Part shown: piece by piece, positions 1-9,000 of the stretch
How positions within the stretch are numbered: the stretch's first letter is position 1
Layout of the letters: every line of letters begins with the position of its first letter
Assembly: GCA_045863315.1 (NCBI GenBank)
Contig: BTUX01000002.1
Coordinates: forward strand, 1-55,998
DNA: 55,998 nucleotides
DNA from: Candidatus Hydrogenedentota bacterium
GTDB lineage: Bacteria > Hydrogenedentota > Hydrogenedentia > Hydrogenedentales > SLHB01
Direction: 5' to 3'
Made by a program: the position numbers and the translations under genes
The notes under the pieces: generated by a model
Told to the model about the DNA's origin: nothing
Seen by the model: the letters and a program-made list of their open reading frames with translations, nothing else
Database searches by the model: none

Positions 1-1507
1 CGCGCACTTCGAGTGAATGTGCCATGCTCATGCGATCCACCTTGGTCAGGATGTCGTCGGGAAGGTACACCGAGAAGTCCTGGTAGAGCATTCTCTGAAG
101 CGGCGGTAGATTGGGGGCCGCGTCAAAATGCTCTTGATACCGGTCAACGCCTTCCTGTGCGATGCGGCCCGCGAGTTCCGGGCTGTACAGCGCATTGCGT
201 GTTTCGCGGTCCATGCAGGTTTGCCGGCGGCGGAAGATCGCTTCTGCGCCCAGAAACGAATCGCGGTTGAACCTCCTCATCTTTTCGATACGGGGCGTAC
301 GAGGAAGCAGGCGCAACGGGCCGTCCGCCAGATGCCGCACGATTGCCGGTACGCGCTGGTACCGCATGACGCGGCGGGTCATATGCAGCCAAGTGTAGCC
401 GGCGAACAGTTCGTCGCCTCCGTCGCCGGACAGGGCGACCGTCACCTCGCGGCGGGCAAGCTGCGACACCAGCCACAGGGGCAGCGCGGAGGAATCGGCG
501 AACGGCTCGCCGAAGAACTGCGCGAGGTAGGCCGCGGTGTCCACCATATCCGGCTTGAGAATTTCCTCGGTGTGGTCGGCGCCGAAGTGCTCCGCCGCGG
601 CGCGGGCATACTTGAGCTCGTCCACGTGGGCATCGTCGAAGCCGATCGTGAATGTCTTGACCGGGGCCGAACTGGTGACGTGCATCATCGCGACCACGGA
701 GCTCGAGTCGATTCCCCCGCTCAGGAACGCGCCAAGGGGGACGTCGCTGATGCATTGCATGCGCACGGCGTCCGCGAGTAGTTCCGCGTACCGTTCCTTC
801 GCCGATTCGACGGTCCAGGTCGGGTCCTGGACCATCTCGAGCCGCCAGTAGGGCTCGATGTGCATCTCGCCGCGCTGGAGGACAAGTTTGTGTCCGGCAG
901 GCAGTTTGTACACGTCTCGCCACACGGTGTCGGGCCCCGGGACGTACAGGAACGAGAAGTACGCCTCGATCGCGGAGGGGTTGAGGGCGCCGCGGATCAG
1001 GCCGGAATGCAGGAGTGAATCCAGTTCCGAAGCGAAAGCGAATACGCCGTTCTTCAAGGTGTAGAAAAGGGGCTTAATGCCGGCGCGGTCGCGTGCAAGC
1101 AGGAGGCGGTCGTGCCGGGCGTCGTACAGGGCGAATGCAAACATCCCGTTCAGGCGCAGCAGCGCGTCGTCGCCGTGTTCCTCGTATGCACGGAGGACGA
1201 CCTCGGTGTCGCTAAGGGTATGAAACACGTGGCCGCGCCGTTCGAGGTCGTCCCGCAACTCCTGAAAGTTATAGATTTCACCGTTGTAGACGAGGACGAC
1301 GGCGCCCTCTTCGTTCAGGATCGGTTGCTTGCCTCGGAAGAGGTCGATGACGCTGAGGCGCCGCATCGCGAACGCGACGTGGCCGCCGTTCCACGCGCCC
1401 GAGTCGTCGGGCCCTCGGTGTTTCAACGCGCGATTCATTGCGCGGAGCCTGGCGACATCGACAGTGCGCGAGCGATCGCTATGGGCCAATCCACAAATCC
1501 CACACAT
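1..1507 (-). CDS. asnB: asparagine synthase (glutamine-hydrolysing); C-terminal end lies beyond the left window edge
   Basis: Missing from the ORF track because no stop codon lies in the window. Reverse complement from ATG at 1507-1505 reads MCGICGLAHSDRSRTVDVARLRAMNRALKHRGPDDSGAW...VLVYNGEIYNFQELRDDLERRGH (class-II amidotransferase, Cys2). Further on come SGGIDSSSVVAMM (PP-loop) and ALSGDGGDELFAGY. Confidence 0.9.
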   Translation of the reverse strand, partial: MCGICGLAHSDRSRTVDVARLRAMNRALKHRGPDDSGAWNGGHVAFAMRRLSVIDLFRGKQPILNEEGAVVLVYNGEIYNFQELRDDLERRGHVFHTLSDTEVVLRAYEEHGDDALLRLNGMFAFALYDARHDRLLLARDRAGIKPLFYTLKNGVFAFASELDSLLHSGLIRGALNPSAIEAYFSFLYVPGPDTVWRDVYKLPAGHKLVLQRGEMHIEPYWRLEMVQDPTWTVESAKERYAELLADAVRMQCISDVPLGAFLSGGIDSSSVVAMMHVTSSAPVKTFTIGFDDAHVDELKYARAAAEHFGADHTEEILKPDMVDTAAYLAQFFGEPFADSSALPLWLVSQLARREVTVALSGDGGDELFAGYTWLHMTRRVMRYQRVPAIVRHLADGPLRLLPRTPRIEKMRRFNRDSFLGAEAIFRRRQTCMDRETRNALYSPELAGRIAQEGVDRYQEHFDAAPNLPPLQRMLYQDFSVYLPDDILTKVDRMSMAHSLEVR

Positions 1508-1510
1508 GGT

Positions 1511-1711
1511 CTAACCCGGAGCTTTCACGCACACGTGCGTTGGGGGATACACCATCGTACGCCTCGTAGCGTCACGCGTTGTCACGACGCGGCACGGCAA
1601 GACCTGTTGCGGGCGTGATGAATCCTCAATGCTTTCACTCACCAGCGTTCTCCATACCGTTTCTCATCAGTCGCCCGCGTCTACGCGGGCGACTGATGAG
1701 AAACGGTCTAG
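1511..1711 (+). mobile_element. diverged copy (I) of the ~192-nt structured MITE-like repeat
   Basis: CTAACCCGGAGCTTTCACGC...GGGGGATACACCATCGTACGCC...GCGTGATGAATCCTCA...CCGTTTCTCATCAGTCGCCCGCG-TCTA-CGCGGGCGACTGATGAGAAACGG-TCTAG aligns block by block with the copies at 36769, 38351 and 45701. The terminal hairpin is a perfect 23 bp. The P2 helix is partly decayed. Confidence 0.6.
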
Positions 1712-2850
1712 GCGCCCCGCCGCGCGCAACGCGCCAAGAGCTCCGCATACAGCGCGCGGTAGGCGTCAACCATGCGATCCACCGTCAGGTGCTCGCGCAC
1801 GTACGCGCTCGCGCGTCCTGCAAGGCGTGTCCGTTCGGCGGCGTCATCGAGCAAGCCCGCGATCGCATCGGCAAACACCTCGGGCCGGCGCGTTTCCACC
1901 AATCGGCCCGTGACGCCGTCCTGGATGAGTTCCGGGATTCCGCCCACAGCCCCGGCCACGACCGGCGTGCCGGCGGCCATGGCCTCGATGAGCGCGTTTG
2001 GGAACCCCTCGCGCTTCGAGCATAGCACGCACACGTCCATCAGTGCGTATACGTCCGCCAGTTCCGCAATGGCCCATGTGATCGTGAACCGGCCCTCCCA
2101 GTTGCGCGCGTACACTTTTTGCACAACCGACTCTCGCAACGGGCCTTTTCCCGCGAGCAGGAAGTGCAGGTCTGAGCGTCGGCGCATCAGTTCCTCCGCG
2201 ACTGACAGAAACAGCTCATGGTCTTTAACGGGGCTGAAGTTGGCGACCATTCCGACGACGTGGCGGCTCTTCGGCAAGTTGTACCGTTGTCGTAGCGCCT
2301 CGGGACCCATCCGGCTGACAAAGGAATCTGCATCCACGCCGTTGTGTATGACCCGAACCAACTCGGGATCGATTCCCTCCCGTTCGCGAGCGAACTCCGC
2401 CACGGCGCTGCTGTTCGCCACGATGCAGTCGACGTACCGATTCGCCATGCGCTGCATGCGCAGGTGCCGCGGCCGCATCCAATCCGCGAGTTCGCGTCTG
2501 CCCGAAACCAGCACGGGGACTCCCGTTTCGCGGGCCGCGCGGTTGACCGGCAAATCGAATCCGAACAGGAACGTATGCAGAATGTCGGGCCGGTGCGAGC
2601 AAAACACTTGGCGAACCCGCCTGCGGACGGTGAAGTCCCAACCGCCCCATCCCGGCAATTCGCGTACCACGACACCGAGTCGACGTATTTCACCGGCGAG
2701 ATCCCCTGCGGTCCGGGTACATACCACACTCAGCTCGTGATCGTGTACAAGTCCCTTCAAGAGATACACCAGTTGACGCTCGGTCCCGCCCGCGTTCAAC
2801 GTCGGAATCACGTAGCTGATTCGGCGAAGCGAACGGACCTCGGCGCTCAT
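1708..2850 (-). CDS. glycosyltransferase family 4 (GT-B fold)
   Basis: 380-aa ORF. N-terminus ISYVIPTLNAGGTERQ and C-terminal SKREGFPNALIEAMAAGTPVVAGAVGGIPELIQDGVTGRLV (EX7E-type region) are typical of GT4. Confidence 0.85.
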   Translation of the reverse strand: MSAEVRSLRRISYVIPTLNAGGTERQLVYLLKGLVHDHELSVVCTRTAGDLAGEIRRLGVVVRELPGWGGWDFTVRRRVRQVFCSHRPDILHTFLFGFDLPVNRAARETGVPVLVSGRRELADWMRPRHLRMQRMANRYVDCIVANSSAVAEFAREREGIDPELVRVIHNGVDADSFVSRMGPEALRQRYNLPKSRHVVGMVANFSPVKDHELFLSVAEELMRRRSDLHFLLAGKGPLRESVVQKVYARNWEGRFTITWAIAELADVYALMDVCVLCSKREGFPNALIEAMAAGTPVVAGAVGGIPELIQDGVTGRLVETRRPEVFADAIAGLLDDAAERTRLAGRASAYVREHLTVDRMVDAYRALYAELLARCARRGA

Positions 2851-3911
2851 GGCACGGATTCCAGCAACTCGAACAGCCGAGGCGCCGCTTGCCGCAGCGA
2901 GAAGCGCGACTCGATCGTAGCGCGCGCGAATTCGCCCATACGTCGGCGTTCAGCGGGATCGCGTAAGCGGTCGACGGCATCGCGCCACTCGCCCGGCGAG
3001 TCGGCGAACAAACCGTTTTCGCCATGCGAGATGATGTCCAGCACGGCGCCGAACGGCGTCGATATGCAGGGGACCCCGCAGGCCATGTACAGCAGCGCTT
3101 TCAAAGCGCATTTTCCCCGCGACCAATCGTCCTTGGGAAGCGGCATGATTCCGACGCTGAATCGTTGTATCTCGGAGACTTCACCCTCGAGCGTCCAGGG
3201 GCGTATTTCCGCGCTTGCGATAGGTACACGGGCCGGGTCCGCGCCGACGAGGCGGATCGTCGCGTTGGGCAGCCCGCTCAAACCGTCGGCCGCTACTGCA
3301 AGGTGCGGGGTGGTGCTCGGCCCGCCTATCCAGCCCACGCAGAACGCGGTCGGGGCGTCCGCGGCAGGAACGAAGCGGTCCGTGTCCACAACAGTTGGAA
3401 ACAGATGCGCATCGCGGACGTGCGCGCGCGATTCGTCCAAGAGCCAAGCGTTTCCCGCGAGGACAAGGCTCGCCCGCCGCATGATGCGCCGCACCTGATT
3501 GCGGTCTTCGAGAACTGTCCACATACCGCGCAGGGGATGCGGAGGGGCGCGATGGACCGCGTCGTCGAAGTCATAGACCAGCGCCCGCGCCCGCGCGTAC
3601 AACAGCCGGTCCGCACCTCTGAGGTATGCCGTCATGACAGCTTTCTGCACGAAGACTGCATCAAAGGAACCGGCTCCCAGCATTTGGACGATACGCCGCG
3701 GCGTTTCTTTCGCGTGGTACCAGAACGGTCGCCCGGCGCGATTCGGGCCCGAAAGCGATTTCCACTGGGCCTCCGTCACGGCGCTCGCGAAGGTACAGTC
3801 TATCCCGTGGTCTCTCAGGTAGGGAAAGAACTGCGTCACGCGGTACCGCGAACTCGCCGCTCCTTCCGGGTACAAGGTCAGAAACAAGATTTTACGCGCG
3901 CCTGCTCTCAC
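2847..3911 (-). CDS. glycosyltransferase (GT-B, GT1/GT4-like)
   Basis: 354-aa ORF. KCALKALLYMACGVPCISTPFGAVLDIISHGENGLF resembles the nucleotide-sugar-binding C-terminal domain. 4-nt overlap with the downstream GT4 gene. Confidence 0.7.
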   Translation of the reverse strand: MRAGARKILFLTLYPEGAASSRYRVTQFFPYLRDHGIDCTFASAVTEAQWKSLSGPNRAGRPFWYHAKETPRRIVQMLGAGSFDAVFVQKAVMTAYLRGADRLLYARARALVYDFDDAVHRAPPHPLRGMWTVLEDRNQVRRIMRRASLVLAGNAWLLDESRAHVRDAHLFPTVVDTDRFVPAADAPTAFCVGWIGGPSTTPHLAVAADGLSGLPNATIRLVGADPARVPIASAEIRPWTLEGEVSEIQRFSVGIMPLPKDDWSRGKCALKALLYMACGVPCISTPFGAVLDIISHGENGLFADSPGEWRDAVDRLRDPAERRRMGEFARATIESRFSLRQAAPRLFELLESVP

Positions 3912-4893
3912 GGCCCAGGATCTCCCGAGCGCGTCGAAGGACCGCCTCCGTCGAGAGCGATCCCATGCACGACGAGATGTCGAGCGGACACACTCCCTCC
4001 TTTTTCATGGTCAGGCGGTTCCAGCATCCCTGGCATGGGCGGCCATTGGTCATCACGGTCAGCGCGCCGCGGTCTCGGATGAGTATAGTGGGGTCCGTAG
4101 GGCCGAACAACGCAAGCACCGGCGCGCCGACGGCGAGCGCGAGATGCATCAGCCCCGAATCGCAGGTCACGAGCAACCGGGCCGCGCGAAGCAGGGATGC
4201 GGCCTCGCTCACCGTGGTTGCGTTGACCAGCGAATCGACACCGGGAATCTCCTCATCGCCACTGCCCAACTGGACCAGCCGCCGCCCGTCCCGCGCCAGC
4301 CCCACACAAAGTTCCCTCCAGTTTTCGATGGGCCACCGCTTCGTTTCCCAAGTACCGCCGGTGCATACGGCCACGAAACCAGACGGGTCGTCGGCGAAAC
4401 GCTCGAGGTATGCGGATGCCCCCTCGTCGTCGTACACGCGAGGCGGATTGAGTGGGAGCGGAATGCCCGCCACTCGGGCGTAATGTTCGTGGCGGTATAC
4501 GTCGCGAGGCGCGCCTCGCAGCAGAATGTACCGGTCGCACGGCGCCCGCGTCGGCAGGTCGTCCGGTCCGATTACCTGATCCACGCAAGGATTCCCCCGG
4601 ATCAAGTCGGGGTAACTGCACCATACGGACAGGTGGCTATTCGGGTAACGGCGTTTCAAACCCTCGTAAACCGGGATTGCGAGAATCTCGTCGCCCAACC
4701 GCCATCGCACCTCGACGAGAAGCGCCGGCGGTCTGCGCGCGATTCGCTTCCAGGACCATCGGACCGCGCGGACGGCCCGCATCAAACGTCCCACAACCGG
4801 TCCGCGCAATTGATCGTAACTGTCGGCTCTCATGAATACCGGGTCCGTTTTCCTGGCCTTCATGGTAGCGGTAATGAAAAATGTAGTCGACAA
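3892..4893 (-). CDS. glycosyltransferase family 9 (heptosyltransferase-like)
   Basis: 333-aa ORF. LVQLGSGDEEIPGVDSLVNATTVSEAASLLRAARLLVTCDSGLMHLALAVGAPVLALFGPTDP is the GT9 signature region. Confidence 0.8.
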   Translation of the reverse strand: MSTTFFITATMKARKTDPVFMRADSYDQLRGPVVGRLMRAVRAVRWSWKRIARRPPALLVEVRWRLGDEILAIPVYEGLKRRYPNSHLSVWCSYPDLIRGNPCVDQVIGPDDLPTRAPCDRYILLRGAPRDVYRHEHYARVAGIPLPLNPPRVYDDEGASAYLERFADDPSGFVAVCTGGTWETKRWPIENWRELCVGLARDGRRLVQLGSGDEEIPGVDSLVNATTVSEAASLLRAARLLVTCDSGLMHLALAVGAPVLALFGPTDPTILIRDRGALTVMTNGRPCQGCWNRLTMKKEGVCPLDISSCMGSLSTEAVLRRAREILGRESRRA

Positions 4894-4976
4894 AGGCAGG
4901 GGCGGATACCGGAACCTTCACGTCGGCCGCCCGGCACTCATGGAGCGCCGGAATGCGCAGGGCGCTTGGATAGGAG

Positions 4977-5708
4977 TCACCCGCTGAAAGATAGCCGACG
5001 ACGCCAAAGGGTGCGGCGCGCGATCAGAAACAGCGAGGCAAGAAGCGCGGCGATGCCCCCGAATTGAAGCGCAGGCAATGCCTTGCCATTGCTGTTCGGG
5101 TCGTTCGCGGCTTCCATGAACTCGTCGATGCCTCCGCCGGCGGCCTGACCGGTTTCGAATTCTTCGAGGTTCGTGTATCCGTCGCCGTCGATATCGCCTT
5201 GGGCGGAAGAGGGCTCGTCTGTTGTTTTTGAGATGACAAAGGGAGAGTAGCTGCCGGCGAGGGAGAAGTACGCAGTCCAGTAGTCGGTCATGGCTTGCGA
5301 GGTGATCATCAGGGCCGCCGCGGCGTGATGGTAAGGGGCAATTTGCGCGGCATAATTCGGTTCGGCCTGTAACTGGGCGATGGCGGACGTGTAAAGCGCG
5401 TGCACGAGGTTGGAGTAGGGGTGCGTTTCCACACTGAGCACATATGCGACCAGACCGACTTGAAAGTAGTCCGGCAATCCGTCCGCATCCAAATCGGCGG
5501 CGAGGTAATCCTCCCCAAGAAGTCCATACAGGGCCTGCATTTCGGCCTGGAACAGGCCGAGGTAGTGAACGGTGATGGTACCGGGCAGGATCATGACCAT
5601 GTACGATTCGCCCGTGCTTACGCCGTCACCTCCAAAAACGGTGTCCGCCGCGCCTGGAGTGGTTTCGAAATCGCTCGACATGGTGCGGCCCGCGAGCAGA
5701 AATTGCAT
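4977..5708 (-). CDS. hypothetical protein with Ca-binding-like DxDxDG motif and C-terminal TM plus Arg-rich tail
   Basis: 243-aa ORF. Contains DIDGDGYTNLEEFETG. The C-terminus LPALQFGGIAALLASLFLIARRTLWRRR looks like a sorting-signal-type anchor. No N-terminal signal peptide is visible. Confidence 0.5.
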   Translation of the reverse strand: MQFLLAGRTMSSDFETTPGAADTVFGGDGVSTGESYMVMILPGTITVHYLGLFQAEMQALYGLLGEDYLAADLDADGLPDYFQVGLVAYVLSVETHPYSNLVHALYTSAIAQLQAEPNYAAQIAPYHHAAAALMITSQAMTDYWTAYFSLAGSYSPFVISKTTDEPSSAQGDIDGDGYTNLEEFETGQAAGGGIDEFMEAANDPNSNGKALPALQFGGIAALLASLFLIARRTLWRRRLSFSG

Positions 5709-5827
5709 TTCCCCATGGCGCCCTTAATTCCGCCAGTGGACTGCCCCCGGTGGTCTCGTCGAACTGCCGTTATGCGATTGAAACAAAAGCTGATAGTATG
5801 AGAAAACCGGGATGGAGGTAGTCGTGT

Positions 5828-6493
5828 ATGCCGAAAAAAAAGCAGCCGCCCGCGCTGAACCAACTGGTTTTGGAGCGGCTGATGCATTACTACCACCTCG
5901 TGGCGGAGCAAATTCAAGAGGAAAGCCATGGCTGGGTGTCGAGCGCGCAGATTGCGCGGCTGTTGGATATGGACGACACCCTCGTGCGAAAAGACCTGGC
6001 CTCAATCGGTGTGCGGGGACGGCCGCGCGTCGGCTTCAGCGCTCCGGACCTGATGGAAGCGATTCGCGAAACCCTGGGCTTCAACGAAGCGTACAAGGCC
6101 GTCATCGTGGGCGCGGGGCGGCTGGGCGGCGCGATCGCCTCGTACGGGGGCTTTTCCAAGTACGGGCTGGACGTCGTCGCGCTTTTCGACGCGGATCCCG
6201 GGCGGGTGGGTTCGATCCTGGGTGGCGTGGCTGTTCGCCCGCTGGAGGAATTGGAGTCGGTCGTATCCGAACATCGAGTGCATTTGGCCGTGTTGACGGT
6301 TCCGGCGGAAGCCGCGCAGCCGCTGGCCAACCGCCTCGTCGAGGCCGGCATCCGCGCAATCTGGAATTTTGCTCCCACCAGCCTCGTGCTGCCGGGCAAC
6401 GTGTTTGTCCGCCATGAGCACATCTCGGTGGGTCTGGCGGAACTCGCCTACTTCCTCAAGCGCAATCGGTTGACCATTGCATCCTCGGGCTGA
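5828..6493 (+). CDS. rex: redox-sensing transcriptional repressor Rex
   Basis: 221 aa. LERLMHYYHLV...SSAQIARLLDMDDTLVRKDLASIG (winged helix) followed by the Rossmann motif VIVGAGRLGGAIASY. GGAGG lies 10 nt upstream of the ATG. Confidence 0.9.
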   Translation: MPKKKQPPALNQLVLERLMHYYHLVAEQIQEESHGWVSSAQIARLLDMDDTLVRKDLASIGVRGRPRVGFSAPDLMEAIRETLGFNEAYKAVIVGAGRLGGAIASYGGFSKYGLDVVALFDADPGRVGSILGGVAVRPLEELESVVSEHRVHLAVLTVPAEAAQPLANRLVEAGIRAIWNFAPTSLVLPGNVFVRHEHISVGLAELAYFLKRNRLTIASSG

Positions 6494-6804
6494 TGAAACC
6501 TCGTTCGAGCCGTGGTGCGTCTGGCACATCGGCCCGTACAACCCGCACTGTTTGACAATCCGTCCGCACGCGCGATTCGCATGAATGGGCTGAAATAGCC
6601 GTTTATCCTGGCTCACGGAAAGGAATCCGTCGCCCGCCGGTGCGCGATCCCGTTTGGGCAGATCGTTCGCGCCGGGCATACTTGCCGCCGCTGCCGCAGT
6701 CGGTCCCGAACTCGGGGTCTCGATCGTCGCCGCATTCCGGAACGCGTCGACGAGTGCTCGAAACTGCCGATATCACCGTTGGGAATGGCGTTACCCCTAT
6801 TGAG

Positions 6805-9000
6805 TTATTGTTCGCCTCCGACCTCGATCCGGCGCGCACTGGTCGTCACGACCTCCCATGCCGCTGCCTCGGCCTTCACGATGTCGCCGTCATTTGATGT
6901 GACGGCGACCGCCATTTTTTTCTCGGGAATGATCGCCACCAGCGCGTACCACATCGTGTTCGAACCGTTATGCCAGTAGTATGCGTGCGGAATGGTTCCG
7001 GTGGGGCCGTAGAGCACCCAACCGCACGCATAGTTGTCGAGGTCAGGTGTGTGCAGAAATTTGTAGGTCTCGCTGGAGAGCAGTTTGCCCTCGCCATGTT
7101 CGCCGCGCAGGTGTTCCGTCGCATACGTACAGAGATCGCTCAATGTCATATGCACGATGCCGGCGGGGCCAATGATAGGGGTATTGTCGTCTTCGTCGCC
7201 CGCCGCGACTTTCCAGCCCAATATCGAACTGTGCCCGCGCGGCTGTTCGAAGGTCTTGTTCGGGCTTTTCGGCGGACCAAACCCCGCGCTCTGAAGTTCC
7301 AGCGGGGCGAAAACTTCCCGTTGCACAAGATCCTCCCACGTTTCGCCGGTCGTCTTTTCAACCATTGCACCCGCAATGGTGTAGCCGGCGTTGGAATAGA
7401 CCATTTTCTCGCCCGACGGGTAGGCCGGTTTCCTGGCGAGCACCTTCAACGCCGCGTCCTGGCGCGCGCGCGTGCGCTCGGGGCCGCGCGGGGGCCTGTT
7501 TCGCGGGGTCAGGAACGAAAAGTTCGCCGGGGCGCCCGCCGTATGCGTCAGCAGGTGTCTGATTGTGACCGGTTTCCAATCTTCGTGGATGGTTGCGTCC
7601 GGAAAGCACTCGCCGATTGTGGTCGACCATTGCATCCGCCCCGCCTCGATTAAGCGCGCGATCATCGTGGCCGTGATTGACTTCGTGATTGACCCGAGGT
7701 GCCATCGATCGCCTATCTCAAGCCGTACTCCGCTTCCCTTCTTCCGCTCGCCGTCAACCGCGGACGCGATGACCTGCCCGTCGACCATCACCATCGCGGC
7801 AAGGCCAACGAGCTTCTTCTCTTCGCGTAGCCGGGGGATCAATTCCTCGATCACAGCGTCAGCCTCCTCGATGGAAATGGAGTTGTGGGTTTCTTCCCGT
7901 TGTTCGCGGCGCTCACGATCCTGGTTCAGGTTGCGGATGGCTCGACGGTTGGCCTCTGTCATGGGGACGTCCTCGAGGGTACGCGGCGTAGTTGACCCGA
8001 ACGGAAGCACAACGAGCGTGACGGAATCCTTCGGTTGGTGTCCCATCTGCGCCAAAACCTCGACCAGATCTTCCTCGAACCGCTTCCGCCACTTGTCTCC
8101 ATAGGTTTTCCTACAGAATGCGACGATCTCGGATGCGGGAATACCGTCCAGCGAAATAAGCCTGTGCCACTCGTCGCCGACTTTGACTTCCGGTTGGGCT
8201 GCCTCCCATCGCACCGCGGCGAACGGCGATTTCTTCGGAAAATCCTGTTCCCGTCCGGCAAACAGAAAAATGCCCCCTACACCAACAAACAGGAGCGCCG
8301 CGGCGCACAGGCTCGCAATCATCGTTCGCCGGCGCGAGTACACGCTCGTTGCACCCAGGAGCATAGGATACTCGTCGCTCGCTTCGCTCCCCGTTTCATC
8401 GCCAAGACGTGTGAGCAGCGCGAGCAGTTCCTGGCGTTTCGGTTCCTGCCGCTTACGTACCACGAGAAGATCCACGAAATAAATGAAAGAATAGAGGGCC
8501 AAAACAAAGAAGCATAGAGCCGACGCGGACCCGAGGATCTCTCCCCGGTTATCCGACTTCAGCCAGGAAACATGGACAAAAAACGCCGCCATCGCAAGCG
8601 CCATCGGCAGATGGTACCACCAAATACAATTCCGTTGGAACCAGATTTGATGTTCCACCAGGGCCAATGAGTCCTTTACGGAGTCAAGCAGCGGCTTACC
8701 TGAATCGCGCAACGCCGGCTTGCGGCGCATTCGAACCACGACAACGAAGCCGACGCCCCACATAATGGCCGGCACCATGAGCCACCACGACCACGGCGAC
8801 CCGGTCGCAACGCCAAGATAAATCCACAACGGCAGCAACACCAGCGATATGCCCATTACACCGAAATCGTTGAACGAGATTGCCACCCGAGATTCTTGCC
8901 GTGAACGCCGCACCGCTTTCAGCAGCAAGTCGGCATTGACCGTGACCCGTGTCTTTGAGGATTCCGACTTCCAGGCCCGCTGAAATTCGTCAGGGGACAT
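6805..9000 (-). CDS. membrane-anchored anti-sigma-like protein with C-terminal serine beta-lactamase/PBP-like hydrolase domain
   Basis: 731 aa. The start overlaps the sigma gene stop by 11 nt. About five hydrophobic TM stretches are present (VMGISLVLLPLWIYLGV, WWLMVPAIMWGVGFVVVV, LPMALAMAAFFVHV, ALCFFVLALYSFIYFVDLLVV, IASLCAAALLFVGVGGIFLFA). The C-terminal domain carries SITK (SxxK) and YSNAGY (YxN) motifs of the class-C beta-lactamase/DD-peptidase fold. Confidence 0.8.
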   Translation of the reverse strand: MSPDEFQRAWKSESSKTRVTVNADLLLKAVRRSRQESRVAISFNDFGVMGISLVLLPLWIYLGVATGSPWSWWLMVPAIMWGVGFVVVVRMRRKPALRDSGKPLLDSVKDSLALVEHQIWFQRNCIWWYHLPMALAMAAFFVHVSWLKSDNRGEILGSASALCFFVLALYSFIYFVDLLVVRKRQEPKRQELLALLTRLGDETGSEASDEYPMLLGATSVYSRRRTMIASLCAAALLFVGVGGIFLFAGREQDFPKKSPFAAVRWEAAQPEVKVGDEWHRLISLDGIPASEIVAFCRKTYGDKWRKRFEEDLVEVLAQMGHQPKDSVTLVVLPFGSTTPRTLEDVPMTEANRRAIRNLNQDRERREQREETHNSISIEEADAVIEELIPRLREEKKLVGLAAMVMVDGQVIASAVDGERKKGSGVRLEIGDRWHLGSITKSITATMIARLIEAGRMQWSTTIGECFPDATIHEDWKPVTIRHLLTHTAGAPANFSFLTPRNRPPRGPERTRARQDAALKVLARKPAYPSGEKMVYSNAGYTIAGAMVEKTTGETWEDLVQREVFAPLELQSAGFGPPKSPNKTFEQPRGHSSILGWKVAAGDEDDNTPIIGPAGIVHMTLSDLCTYATEHLRGEHGEGKLLSSETYKFLHTPDLDNYACGWVLYGPTGTIPHAYYWHNGSNTMWYALVAIIPEKKMAVAVTSNDGDIVKAEAAAWEVVTTSARRIEVGGEQ

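Noticed and set aside
6494-6804. A 311-bp convergent gap between rex and the anti-sigma/beta-lactamase gene contains small overlapping ORFs (6603-6839, 6640-6897, 6002-6679).
   Set aside because: None has a plausible start context, recognisable domain or repeat similarity, and one of them runs antisense into rex. The region is left unannotated.
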